Positions 26,504 through 41,200 of a stretch of 64,000 bases of DNA are shown here, in pieces (position 1 is the first letter of the stretch; each line of letters opens with the position of its first letter). Below the pieces are notes generated by a model. That model had not been told where the DNA came from and ran no database searches. It saw only the letters and a program-made list of their open reading frames with translations. A program made the position numbers and the translations under genes. This stretch comes from Mizuhopecten yessoensis (Eukaryota), in contig NW_018408822.1 in assembly GCF_002113885.1 (NCBI RefSeq), positions 388,420 to 452,419 on the forward strand. Reading direction: 5' to 3'.

Positions 26504-27462
26504 ACAAGAGGCCCATGGGCCTTAACGGTCACCTGGTATATTTATACAGAGAGTTGATTTGATTTTTAACATGAACAGATTATACAGATGAACCGATTCT
26601 AAGCAAGGAAAATGAAGAAATTTTAGCACACTGACTCCTTTGGGCCCCACCCTATAGCCCTTGGGGTAGGGCTGGCTCAAAATGTTCAAACTGTCAACTC
26701 AGAGTTATAATTCCAATCAAGTTAGTAACATGTAATATTCAAAGTATCATTTGCCAATATAAACCATAATAAATTTTGCCCCCCCCCCNTTCCCTAGGGG
26801 GTAAACGTGAGACCCTAGGGTCATAAACCTTAAGACCCTTTCATCTATGAAGAGTGTTTTGATTCTTCCATATCTGGGTTTTTGAGAAGAAGATTTTTGA
26901 AATTTCAATCAATTCAACCCTTTTTGGCCCCACCCATCAGCCCGGGGGGTCAGTCAGGGCTGATATGTGCATACCATCAAACTGCTATCCAATACTGATA
27001 ATGCTAACCTAAATTGAATTACTTCCAATGGAAATTACACAAATGTTGGTCCAAAATGTGATTTCCCTATATAAACTATACATGTAGTAAAGTTTACCCC
27101 CTCCCCAGGGGGAAATGTGAGACCTCAGGGTCCAGAAATTCACAATTTTGGTAAAGCAACTTAAGACCCATCCATCTATGAAGAGTATTTGATTCTACCA
27201 TACCTGGGTCTTGAGAAAAAGATTTTTGAAATTTTAGTCAATTTGACCCTTTTTGGCCCCACCCCTCAGGCCCCTGGGGGCCAAACCGGCCACTATTTTT
27301 GTTGACCTTTGGCCATGGAAGGTTTCTGCAAAATTTCAATGAAATTGGTTCAGGGGTTTTGGAGAAAAGTTGAAAATGTAAATTGTTTACGGACGCACGC
27401 CGGACGCCACCGGACAAAAGGCGACTGCAATAGGTCACTTGAGACTTTTTCTCAGGTGACCT
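26504..27462 (-). mobile_element. Non-autonomous Helentron-type element (HINE, oyster Helitron-N2/pearl-like)
   Basis: Ends ACAAGAGGCCCATGGGCC...GGTCACCTG and GGTCACTTGAG...CTCAGGTGACCTAAAAA. GGACG microsatellite at about 27390. Internal about 300-bp duplication containing GAAGATTTTTGAAATTT and TTTTTGGCCCCACCC. Confidence 0.85.
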
Positions 27463-29209
27463 AAAAAGAAATGCATCATGAAATTGTTGCAAAGACAAAA
27501 TCATGGCCTTTCTTCTTCTATTTGCTCTGATTTTGTAATTTAAACAAAAAAACAGGTTTACGATCATTTGCTGACCTGTGTAATAAAAGGAATGTCAAAC
27601 ATATCTAATTGCAACTTTATAAATTAGAAACTCATTGCAATACTTTCTATAAATAAATGAACTCAATGTATCACAAAAACTAGACGTTGTTTTATAACGT
27701 TACGTACACAATAATGTCCAATAAGGCAATAAAACCTGAAAACATCTATGGAACAATTTAACATTATCTTTCATATAAATAAAAGAGAACAATTTTTAGC
27801 CTGTCAATATTTTTACAAAATAAAATGGTATAAAGAAAAAATGTCAGATCTTATAACAAACATGCATAAGCACATAAAACAATATCAATTCTTTTATACT
27901 ATTTTTGTAGGGGGATATCATATATTCATATATTATTGGCTATAGTAACAATTTATGACATAAGAGTATAAATAAATATATAAAGTGGAGCCTTGCTAGA
28001 CTGCACAATTCCTACTCTAGTATTATTTTCCAGATTAATGACATGGACAGTCAGCTACAAAGACTTGTACTTGTTTGTATTCATGGAAATGTTGTCATGC
28101 TTAAGCTCAAGATTTTGCACTCAAAACTGATTCCTTGTTCTGGTGATAAATTATTAAAACTTCCCTTTGTTGATGATCTGGGTGAACTCTGACATGACCT
28201 GAAGGTGAATACCTTTTCAATGTCAAGACCCTACTTCTTGGTTGCTGTCACATGACTTTCAGTAAGTTACAAGGAAGTTTGAACACTCTATCTAGAGTTT
28301 ATGCTGGAACATGAACATAAATGAATATGTATAAAGCGCTTATTTCACATACCAAGTTAATGGATTCCTAGTGTACTTACTGTGAAATCATTAATTTCCT
28401 TTTTGTTTTCATTTCATTGCTTTTCCCATACCTGGTAATCACGTTCTGTGGTGACATGAACTTGGGAAACATTTGCACCAAAGATTGATTTTTGAACATG
28501 AATACACGTCTTCCAACAGGGTTGATGGCATGTCACAATTTAGGTCTTTATTGAATAATTAATTTGCAGAATTGTGTTCCTATTACTCTATACAAGGAAA
28601 CTGTCACCCAGACATATATAGCTGCCTTCACCAGTAAACTCCCTGTTCGCTCGGTTTTAATTTTGCCCTTAAAATGTAATAGCTATATATATCTGTCTAC
28701 TTATATTCCCTTTTAAGATAAATTTGCCCTCATTGTGAAGGGTAAAATGATGAAAAGTAAACTGCGGCAAACATTTCGCAGTATGCAATATCTATCTATA
28801 CATAAGGAAAGTAAAGATTTCACAGTAACCAACCAAAGACTATATCTAAAATATCATACATGATTAAATATGGAATTGCAATAATATCACACACTAGTTT
28901 CTGTGCCAGTTCTACAGCTAACTGAGAAAAGACCTTTATCAAGACAAATAAATATTTCTTTTTTTTATCAGTTCAACCACTTAAATGAGGTTTTTGTACC
29001 AGAATTCTGTAGCTTGAAATTAAGAAATGTTGCAAGAATCTTTCCAGTTTTCAAATTCTGTAATGGTTTTTTTGTAAGTTCATGCTTTTTTGAGTAGTTT
29101 GAAACTTTATTCTATGACATCTTTCTTCCAGTTATCAAATTACTGGTTGTTTTTTCCTTCTTGTGGTTTCCATTTTCTTTATGTACCCCATGATGTGAAT
29201 ATTAAAGGT

Positions 29210-32200
29210 CTATGAGTTGACTGACCAGTCATAATCCATGTAGTCTACACGGTACTTCTTGCTGTCTAACAGTTCGGTGAGCTGTGACTTCCTGTCTCCC
29301 TCCGGCATGTGTGCTTGGATCCACTGTAAGACCTGATAAGACCAATAAAATTCACAGGTAAGCTAGCGCTTCAGCTATGCAAATATTGTAGAAATGTAGA
29401 GGAAATATATTCGTAATTATTTCCTACAAAAGAGGATACAATTTCACAGGGCTATGATGTATTGAGGAAGTAAACCTTTAGCGAGTTCTTATCCTATTTG
29501 AGAATTTCAAGTAAAAAATTGTCATTTCATAGCTTAGTAATTTTAAGTATTTCTTTTGGAGACTTCCTGGTCAAAGTTTGTGAGTGTCGGTGATATCTGT
29601 TGCAATGATAAGGCATTAATATATAAAAAAAACATAAATGAAAGAATGACAGCAATCATATGATAGAAAGGGTCTACCAGAGTTATCTCCCCTTTGAAAA
29701 TCACTTCACGGTTTTAGTGTGTTTTGGAGGGTGAAGAAACATGCAGATATCTGTAGACAGGCGTGATTATTAATGAAAGCATTGAAAATAATGATAACTA
29801 AAACTTCAAGTCACAAGCTTATATACTCTTCTCCATGAAAAATGATTTAAAATCAGTTGAAATACAGATATATCTAGTGATGAGAATGTGTAGCAGTTTC
29901 ATAAAAGTCTGCTTGAAGGTTTTATTAAAATAATGCTGGAAATAAAGTATTGCAAGGTTTGCTTATTTTGCAGGGCTCTTTTTTTTTTGCTACTTTCCAG
30001 GAAAAATTATACAACCCTCAAAATGTATGGCACATTAATCCAACCTTCCTGTAGCATGTACATGGTGTCACAGCCACTAGACCATATATCCGAAAAAAAC
30101 AGATCCCACAAAAATGATATTTTAGGAAAACCAACAAAAACTGTTTACTATATATAAATTATCTAAGGATAAAAATATTTAGCTAATGAGGATAACTCCA
30201 GTAAATATAGCTGGGTAAAAAAATGATATACTGGATTACAATTCTAAACCAGATCTTACTGGGATCAACTATTTCATTGCTTGACACAGGGTCTGGTTTA
30301 ATTTATACTGAGAGAGATATACTGGATACCAATGTTAATGATTTTTGTTATAGAGGATAATTTTACATCAACATAAAACCAATTAAGAAAGTTCCATTAT
30401 TTAACAGGAAAGTCAAGACTTGCTGTACGTATGGCATACAGATCATGACTGATTACCAGAAAAGGAAAATCACTAAGTAATGTTATGTTAAATCAATTTC
30501 AAATAAAACATGGTTTCTCTGAATGTAATAAATGTCAAAATGGTTGTATTAGAAACAAAATAAATAATAATTAACTGTACCTCCTCTTTATTCTTGCCAA
30601 AGTCTTCCTGATACCACTTCAATATCTTGGAAAGTCTGATCTGCCGTTTTTTCATGTCAATCTGACAGCCATCATCACCCTCAAGGAAAGCCTCAGCAGC
30701 AACTTTCAGTTGTTCGTATATACCCTGTTGTACAGAACCGCCTTAAAATCTTTAGTTCTCTATGGTACATCTGTATTTATCTGGCAATATGCTCATGCCA
30801 GCTATTGTAGGAGAGTAGAATGCCAACAAATGCTATACATTTTCCTGTAAATATCATCCCTGTAGTTTGAGCCAGAGATAAAGTGTACTTCCCTGAGTAA
30901 ATTGTAGGATATACATGGTTAACACTCTGTCATACAGAACACCAATACCAGGTTAACACCCTGTCATACAGAACACCAATACCAGGTTAACACCCTGCCA
31001 TACAGAACACCAATACCAGGTTAACACCTTGTCATACAGAACATCAATACCAGGTTAACACCCTGTCATACAGAACACCAATACCAGGTTAACACCTTTA
31101 TCTTCATAAATGTACACTACACTCTAAATTACTTAATTTTCATGTATATATTTTTTCTTTTTTCTTTTCTTTTGTTCCTTCAAAACTACATTTGCAAAGA
31201 AAAAATCACAAAAGGAACAATAGGAGCTTAATTTAATATTCATTGTTTGTGTCTAAATAAATATTCCCAAAACGTTTCATTTTGTGATGGTATCTCCTCA
31301 CTAATTCCTATGAATATAAGTATCGCACATAACATTTAAGAATTCAAAGTAAGTCTATGCTATATCGAGGTAAAACTTATCATACTTCTGAAAAAATGCA
31401 ACCTTCATGAATTTAAAAAGATAATGAAGCTATTCACATCCCTTGGAAATAACTAACACCTGGTAAATAGTTTATGAAACTATCAACCTCTTCATGACTA
31501 TTAAAATGTAATATTTTTTTGTACTCCAACCAATTTTTTTATCAAAAACATTATTTGACTTTTTAAAAGTTGGTTGGCTGTTGTACATGCTGTTAACCAA
31601 TCAAAGATTCTGTTACCAAATTGATTTTCAACTATAGAATGGTCAACGGTAGTCTAATGGTAGGACGCCGGGCTCGTGACCTTCAGCATAGAATCTACGC
31701 AGATCTGTCCAAAACATTCACATTATTCAGATTTCACTGAAAAGACTAGTAGAATAAAACACTCATTCCATGGCTATTTTGGATGACAGCACATTTGTTA
31801 GTCCCTTGGCAGGAGTTTTCGTCAAGCTTCACCGTCAGAAAATAGTTCCAGCTTAGTTAGGGCATAAACCAACATGCTATCTTCCAAAATAGCCATGTGA
31901 TTATAAATGTACAGTTTTCCTTTTATATACATGTACTAAATGATGTACTTGAGACTATACAGGAATTGGTGTCAAAAATCTCAATCTATTAAGTATATCT
32001 GAGAGTTAAGTTAAATGAGACTGACCTTTGTGGAGTAGGTTTTTATGGGCGGACAACTCTTGGCTCCACATACAAGTGCAAAGTGAATGAGTGGCTCATG
32101 TTTCTCCAAAGCTACTTTGAAGCGCGGCTCTGACTGGGAAAATGGTCTAGTGAACATACCTGTCAATGAGTAAAAGAGTCAAGTATGATTGTTATTATGT

Positions 32201-35200
32201 CACTCACCAAGGGTTTTGAAAATGTACAAATAAATGTATATATTCTTATTGAGCTTGACCTTAAATATCTTAAATCTAAATTGGTGAACAACAGCATACA
32301 GGTGTGGTGATGTTCCATTACATTATTTTGAAAAAAAATCAGTGAATTTTAACTTCACAGTGATATTGTAGTAGGGATCTTTATCTTTGCCTGTGAATCT
32401 TTGCCTGTGTTTTAACTCTTTGTCTCCAGAATATTGCCCCCTTTTATCGACCAGGAGTTCTCACTTGAAATATCAAAACAATTCTTCTTGAAATTTGGCT
32501 ATGATAAACTTATTATATACCACAGCTGAGACATAAAACTACACTACAGAAACAGCTTTTAAAACTTGTATAGAATTATCTTATCCATTGTGATCCCCTT
32601 TTTGGGCCTCTAAGAAATTACATGTAGGTCAAAAATAGCAGTGTCCTATATCATACCCAACATGCATGCATAACAAGTTTGAATATGTTTCAAAATTTTA
32701 AGAAGTTAAAAATGTAAAAATAAACATGTCGTAAATGGCAAAAGTTTAACTTGTATTTCATAAATACAGACTATGATCTGGAGTTGAACAATATTAAATC
32801 AGTAATCTAAAAGTATTAATCAAAATATATTTTGGTGTACGTTAATTATTAATTCATAGGCAATCTTTCTGCCCTCGACTTACCAACACCCTTTCTGTTT
32901 GCCCGCAGTACACCATTCTCAATATCCTGGAGCGAGTAGGATTCTCCACCAATGATGTAACGAGTTGTGTTGAAAAACTGAAACAAAAACATGGGACATT
33001 TAGGTATCAACAGAATCAGACAATATCTCTGTGTGTTAGGCGAGGAGAAAACATGGCATGGTTCAAAGAGATGTTCACGACATTTAGGTACATGTATCAA
33101 CAGAATCAGACAATATCTCTGTGTGTTAGGTAAGGAGAAAACATGGCATGGTTCAAAGAGATGTTCGGAACATTTAGGTATCAACAGAATCAGACAATAT
33201 CTCTGTGTGATAGGTAAGGAGAAAACATGGCATGGTTTTAAAAGATGTTTAAGCTGTGAACGTAATATCTAATGGTTTTGATGTTTTAATTAAAAGAATG
33301 TTGACCTTAACATGAACTATCATTTTAAACTTGAAAAAAATGTAGGTTGGGAAACTATTTTATTCCGTTTAACAAATATAAAAACAATTTTAACTGATTT
33401 TTACTAAATTCTTAAATAATAAAAGCTATATGTTATTATTTGTTGCATGATTTGATATCAAAAATGTACAATGCAGGGATATTCCTGGAGGGGGCCGTGG
33501 GGCTTGGCCCCTAAAACCTGGAGTTTGGCCCTGATAATTTCCATTTTCTTTATATTTTACATATACCAGTACATGTTATAATTATTGCACCTTTTACTTT
33601 TCATATAAAAACGAAAATGGCCCAAAGTCTACCATTGCTCTCAGCTTCCAGGATTTTTCCTGCCAGGCCAAATTGAAAATTAATCCAATGCTTTTCTCAC
33701 TGCAAACTGGTCATTAGCATTGATCAGAAGTGAAATTCAAATTTCGCTGAGTGACTTCACCATCTTTCCATTGAATCTAAGATCTTTCCATGGAAAGGGA
33801 AACCCTTCCAATACTTTCAAATACTGTTTTTGAAAATATGAAATAAAACAAGACACCTTCATGATTGTGAAAGATAAATTTTCCATTTTCTACCTTAGCA
33901 TACATGTACCATCATAACTCCCAATACCTGTAACAATCACTAGTCAAATTATGAACATGACGTAGAAAGAATGGACATATTATTATCCTTAACATTTCAA
34001 GTTTACAGTAACTAATATCTTGCCAATTTGGGAAATATAATAATTATTGAAATAAATATGGCAATTGGTCATCCTATTTACCTTAATCATGAATTACATT
34101 GTAATTTTCAAAATATCAACAGATTATTTTGATATTAATTAACCAGTGTTGTATGAACATAATAACCAACCACCATGTGTTGGGGAAACTTACAATAGTA
34201 TTATTATATATACCTTATACCTCTGCCAGAGGTTTGTTGCTGGGCCAACAGACACATTGGCATGGATGACCAGGGCATTGTATATATTTATGAAAAATGA
34301 TAACTTCTCTTCGCGAGTAGCCTCTGAGATTTGGACACGATGAAGCTCCTTCGTCAGTCTTCCGTACACTTCAAACTCCTTGCTTTCAGCTATACCTTTG
34401 TAGTTCACTTTCTTATTTCAGGGAAAAGTTGAATAAGATAAACCTTAACAGCATGGACATTTAATATCATTTTAATATATTATGCATATCCCAAAGTGTT
34501 CACCTTTAACAAGGAACAAAATACATGCTGAGGTTTCATTTTATATTGTAAGTTGTAGATAGTTAGAATGAAAACATTAAAATGACTAAAGCTGTTGTTT
34601 AAAATGTTTTAATCACAAACAGTCTTGTTATATTACCAAACAGAATTCTAATTCGATTTAATACATGTTGTATTTATACAAGTTGTATGGCAAAATTCAT
34701 GAAATTCAAGAGATTGTATTTAGATACCTTTCCATCCTTTGATAAAAAAGTATTGTATATCTTCAGAATCTGTTTCCTGATTTCCTCCCCCAGTTCATCA
34801 GCTGTGCGAAATAAAAATATGGATACGTGCAAGTCATCTTTGTAAACAAAACATTCCATATTATACATTGACCTCACCAGGGAAGAACTTGTACTTGAGG
34901 TTTCATTGGCATTTTTACCTGATTTGTGTCCCAGGAATCCAGGTTGTACTTATAACTAGGAGTACCACCAATAAAATGTATTTAGAATTTCCATAGAAGT
35001 AATAGGCAAGAAACAAAACCATGTATATAAGTAATAAAGGATATCCCCTGTATCTCTTCATGGTAAGGGTGGTACAATGAATGCCATGTATATTTCACAA
35101 GTATGACAGAATACTGATATTTTTCACAAGTGTGAAGCACAAGGGAAGTTATTAGTACATGTATATTCTATCATATAGGAGAGTGAAAGATAACAGATAT

Positions 35201-38200
35201 ATCAAATTGATAGAATGCAATATTTCACTGGTGAAATGTTTTAATAAAACAGGGTTGGTGACCTTGACATGCACATTGAATACAAATTTAAGTCATGATC
35301 TGTATGTACACACCTGGTCTTGGTTCACACTGGGACGTTTCGCCCGCATTAAGGGCCGAAGACTCATCATCTTCCAACAGTCTATAGTACTTGTCTGGAG
35401 CATCCTGGAACACTTCCTCACTCTTCACATTGTGACCAAAGTGCTTATCAATCAGGGCCTGACCCATCTCAACAGCTGCATCTCGTTCTAGAAATAGAGA
35501 TCAGTATACATAGACAGGGCCTGACCCATCTCAACAGCTGCATTTCTTCGTTCTAGAAATAGAGATCAGTATACATAGACAGGGCCTGACCCATATGAAC
35601 AGCTGCACTTCGTTCAAGGAATATAGATCAATATTCATACACAGGGACTGACCCATCTCAACAGCTACACTTCGTTCTAGGAATATGGATAAATATAAAT
35701 AGACAGGGCCTGACCCATCTCAACAGCTGCACTTCATTCTAGGAATATAGATCAATGAACATAGACAGGGCCTGACCCATCTCAACAGCTGCACTTCGTT
35801 CTAGAAATAGAGATCATTATACATAGACAGGGCCTGACCCATATCAACAGCTGCACTTCATTCTAGGAATATAGATCAATATACATAGACAGGGCCTGAC
35901 CCGTATCAACAGCTGCACTTCATTCTAGGAATATTGATCAATATAAATAGACGGGGCCTAACCCATCTCAACAGCTGCACTTCATTCTAGGAATAAAGAT
36001 CAATGAACATAGACAGGGCCTGACCCATCTCAACAGTTGACTTCGTTCTAGGAATAAAGATCAATGTATATAGACAGGGCCTGACCCTTATCAACAGCTG
36101 CACTTCATTCTAGGAATATAGATCAATATACATAGACAGGGCCTGACCCGTATCAACAGCTGCACTTCATTCTAGGAATATAGATCAAATTTACATTTGC
36201 ACTGCATAGTGCCTAGATAACTCTACTGGTCCCATTGTAATATATTTTCCAATGAACTACAACGGGGATTAGGTCAGTGTAGTGATACATAATTTCAACG
36301 GAAAACACAGTCATGCCCACCACAGTTTTAACAGAAAGCACAGCATCAAAATTGTCTACTTCATCTTCTGCATATATCAGTCTAATTTGTCTTCATTCAC
36401 GTCAGGTTCTACCTTTCATGGATGTTCATTTACCTTCGATAAACAGTGAAAACTTTCAATAATGGCCGCCTCCGCCAGCTGATCTCTGACCTAATTACCG
36501 CCAAGTGGCGATGTTCCGCTGTGCTGTGTCTTAAAATGTTATTGTATGATAGTTAAATCGCTAAATGACCACAACATATATTAAAATGGTCACATGTTAG
36601 TATACAAATTGGTAATTGACATATATGCATTTAAATAAAAAAATTTTATTATAAAATTGATGTGTTTACTGTGGAACTTTCTTATTTATTTATTTTGCCG
36701 GCCTGGTTGCCCTTGACAACGACTGTGGAATGCGAAACTACCCGGCTGTTCCGAACAAAATATGACAACCAATCCTTAAATATACATTGACAGGGCCTGA
36801 CCCATCTCAACAACTGCACTTAGTTTTAGGAATACAGATCAATGTACATAGACAGGGCCTGACCCATCTCAATAGCTGCAATTTGCTCTAGAAATAGAGA
36901 TCAGTATACATGTACATGGACAGGGCCTGATCCACTTCACTAGCTGAACTAGTAATCCTTTCTTGCACGAAATAAAAATGAATATACATAGATATAGGGC
37001 TTGACCAATCTCACCAGCTGCGCTTCATTCTAGGAAAATAGATCAATATAGATAGACAGGGCCTGACCCATCTCAGTAGCAGCATTTTGCTCTAAAAATA
37101 AAGATCAATTTACATGGACAGGGCCTGCTCACTTTCAACAGCTTAACTAGTAATCCTTTCTTTCACGGAATAAAAATGAATATACATAGACAGGGTCTGA
37201 CCCATATCAACAGCTGCACCTTGACTCAGGAAACAAAGAAAAACACAGTATGTAGCACCTAGTTGGTGGTCTAGTTTTCACAGCAGTGACATCTGGCTGT
37301 CAGTCTGGTTTATACAGGATTACAAAGAAATTCATACAGTATGTAGTACCTAACTGGTGGTCTGGTTTACTTCTGGTTCACACAAACGGTCCGGATTATA
37401 CAGGGTTACGTAGAAATAAATAGAGGGACTGATTGAAGGCCTGTTTTATAAAGGTGTACAGATCTTACAGGATTACAAATAAATGTGCAGAGTCGAACAT
37501 AGTAAAAGGTCTTCAGGTTTTATGCTTTTTACAGGGTAACAGAGAAATGTATACAATGTGAACTGTTTGAATATATGGTTAATAGAGTTTTCTGTATTAT
37601 ACAGGTTTAAGATCTGATAGGACCACTTATTCAAAATTACACAAGTAAAGTTAGCTTACCAAGCTCCTTTGTCTTGACAACCCAGTCCACAAACTCACGG
37701 CCCACGAAGGAGCGTTTATAAGTGGTAAGTATCTTAGAGTGGTCCTTGATAAGACCACTGGCCTTTAAGTCCTGTACCAGCTTGGCATACTCATCTGGTT
37801 CACATGAAAACTCGCCAGCATCTGAAACAATCAACTTTCTTATTAACAATTCCTTAAACTTAGGTCTCCCTCCTAAAAAGTTACATACTAAATATATGTG
37901 TCATAAAACTTCACTGTCAATATATTACCTTCTAGAAACACATGTTGTATGTATCCACCAATTAAACCTGTATGGCTGGTAATAAGCCCACTCATATCTA
38001 TTGCAGTTCTTAGAAATGCCAACAAATGTTATTGCATAATTGTCCTGAAATAAGCCCACCCCCATACCTTGAATCAAACATCATGAGGAAGTCCCCTGGG
38101 GCATCCTCCATACTCCAGGGGTTGTGTTTACTTTTACTCTCTGCACCCCTTGGAATATGTCATAGCAAAACCGGAGGCTCGATCAGTGTGCGCCACCTTG

Positions 38201-41200
38201 TGGATGAGGCAGGACGACTAGTTTGATCCTTTGAGGTACATCAGAAGAATCTCTGTAGTGGGGTCGCTCCTCTGTAATCTTCAAAGGACAGGTATCAGCC
38301 AAGCGATTGGTCAGTTTTTTTTTACCCGAGACCAATGAAATAGCTACCCACGTGCCTTCAGTTTTATTATGACATATTCCAGGGGTGCAGAGAACATTAG
38401 TGAGTGTAACCCCTGTAGTATCAAGGATGCCCCTAGAGCTATTACAGGATAAATATGGTAGCTTTCCAAACAAATGTGTGTTTCAAACCAGTTTTTTAAT
38501 TCCTGAAAAGATCGTTTTAATTTATACAGTGATATTATACACATACATACACATACATGTTTGTAAAGGGGTGATAACCATTACAGAATCAATGCTTCCT
38601 ATTAAATTGGGGAAGTGGCGGTGTTGTATAGATAATTAATTTAAGGTCTAGGAAGGGCAGGAGTCAAAAATTGACATTCTTAATAAATTTTACTTATTCA
38701 TTATGTACCAAACTACTCTAGCTTCTTTTAAAATTGAAATATCTATGGAATGAGAGTTGTAACTGTACTGTGCTGAATATACCACACATGTAACTTTTCT
38801 CTTAGCTTCTTATCTGAATTGTGCAAAAACTACAATATATCATGAAATGTAATTATACGCAATACTAATTTAAACCACTATTAACCAGAAAATCAGCACT
38901 AAATAATACACTCAATATACATCAGTATATGTAGCAACTAGCAAATAGACATTTATTATTGAGACATTTTAATATGTTCAGGTATAGACAACCATATAGA
39001 TAAAGAAGTAGTTGAAGTACCAGAGTCTTTGACAGCTGTGCTGGGGTCTGGTGGCTGTGGGGCATCACTTCCGGCTACATTGTTCTTCAGCTCCTCAATG
39101 CTTGCCTCCCACTGACTTTTGTCATTCACCTGCATTATAACACACAAAGCTCAATATTTTTTTTCAAAATCAAAACAAATTCAACTTTTGTGCCTTTGTC
39201 ATCCTGGGGAAAATGGAGTATTTATAGCATGAACAAAATGAAGATAAAAATTCATCAAGGAAGAACATCATAATAGCAATAAGGTTGCAAAGGAATCTAC
39301 CAATAGCATTCAGCTCATACCTATGTATAGAAGTGTGTACATTTAAGTATGTTTGAATGTATATGTTTCGATAAAACTTTATATAAGTCTGAAAGTCAAG
39401 TAGAATACATCATATGAGTGCATGTTTCAGGGTGCTCAGACTTAAAGTCCAAGGTCACTATTGCTTTTTATAAGAAATCTTTATCATCATACTTGTTTAC
39501 CATTAACACAGGTTGTAGAGTTCTTAGATTTGTGTTAAACTATATTACTACATGTAGTAACATTTCAGCAAAAAAATTCAAGTTGCACATCTAAGAGATA
39601 GGGACATTTATTGTTTGTTACCGCAAGTATAAATCTTAAACAAACATTTGTTTAATTTTGTTTATAGGGGTCTCCATATGAATTAATGTACTACGCCTGA
39701 AGTGGAGACCATTTACTGGTTAAAACAATGTGAGTGAGGTTACCCAACCACAGCTGGTCATCAGTATCAGGCCAGGAGAAAGGGAGGGCGACAGAGATCC
39801 AGCTCACTGCCATCTCCGACAGCTGGTCATAAGTATAAGGCCGTGAGAAAGGGAGGGTCACAGAGATCCAGCTCACTGCCATCTCCAACAGCTGGTCATA
39901 AGTATAAGGCCGTGAGAAAGGGAGGGTCACAGAGATCCAGCTCACTGCCATCTCCGACAGCTGCTTTCAGAATATCATCATCTTAAAATATTTAAAGTTG
40001 ACTTGTAACAGACATTAGTAATGTGCTTCCATCGGGGATCAAACCTGATACCACCAGCGTCTAAGTCCATTTTGATGGTGACCTACCACAGAATGCAGGG
40101 GACATCATTTGTAATAGGAAAGGCAATAGTACATGTGCTGTCACCAGGAATCAAACACACGACACACTGCAGCTTCCCAGTCTGCCGCTCTACCAATTGA
40201 GCTAAAGGGAAATTACCTCTTTATTGGTAAGTTTGATGGTAGAAGGCGGCCACAATGGAGAATTAATCTACCACAATCTGAGCATTGGGACCGAAAACAA
40301 CAAAACCAACAAACAAATGGCAAGGTGAAATTATATACTCCACTACCATTGGTGTATCACTTTAATGTTTGATGACACTGCAAACTAACTCTCCAGTTGT
40401 TCTGTCGGAGTCAACTGTTTTGAAAGGTGTTGCACCAATTAAGCAAATTAAGGTATAGTTTACTATAAATATGATAGAATCATTGCCATTTAAGTTTTAA
40501 AAAGTTAAAGCTGTAAAACTGTGGACATGACCAAATATGGTTCCATGCAATGTAAGTCTTTGCTATATATATACATGCAGTTACATGCTTGTAAATATTT
40601 ACACATCTACATTTATGTCCATCTGAGCACACATGAACCCATTTCTCTCCAGTTTTAATGAGCATTAGAACCATGTTTTTCTGTTTGTTATGCTTGATTA
40701 TGTAAAAGGCACATTGCATAACCCATAACGTATCACTATAGTCATTCCCCTGTTTTTATTTTATATTAATTATGATAAAGAAAGAAGTGAAAATATCCTG
40801 ATTATTCAAGAAAGATTTGTTTAAAGAAAGTTACAATTTAATTGAACCTTTATCTTCAAATGAATGAAACCTATCTCAACGGAATTGAACTTAAATATAA
40901 ATACAACAACATGTATCAACTTAAATATTTCCCTGTCCTCTTATGTAAGTTTGTTTGTTCACACCTGAAAGGAATTGAAACTGCAAGCCCCTCTCAAAAT
41001 ACAGTAACACAGCAGAACTTCTATTTCAATTTCTCCTTATTAGGATAAATTGTAAAAGGGAGGCTATTTTCATTTGCTTAACAATCCTACAGCTTTAACC
41101 CTGACCCTATATATCACATCAGTGCTTTACTCCCCACTTTAACCAGGGGTGGGTGTGTCGGGTATGATGTTCTGGACCCACCCACAATTCAAAAAGACTA

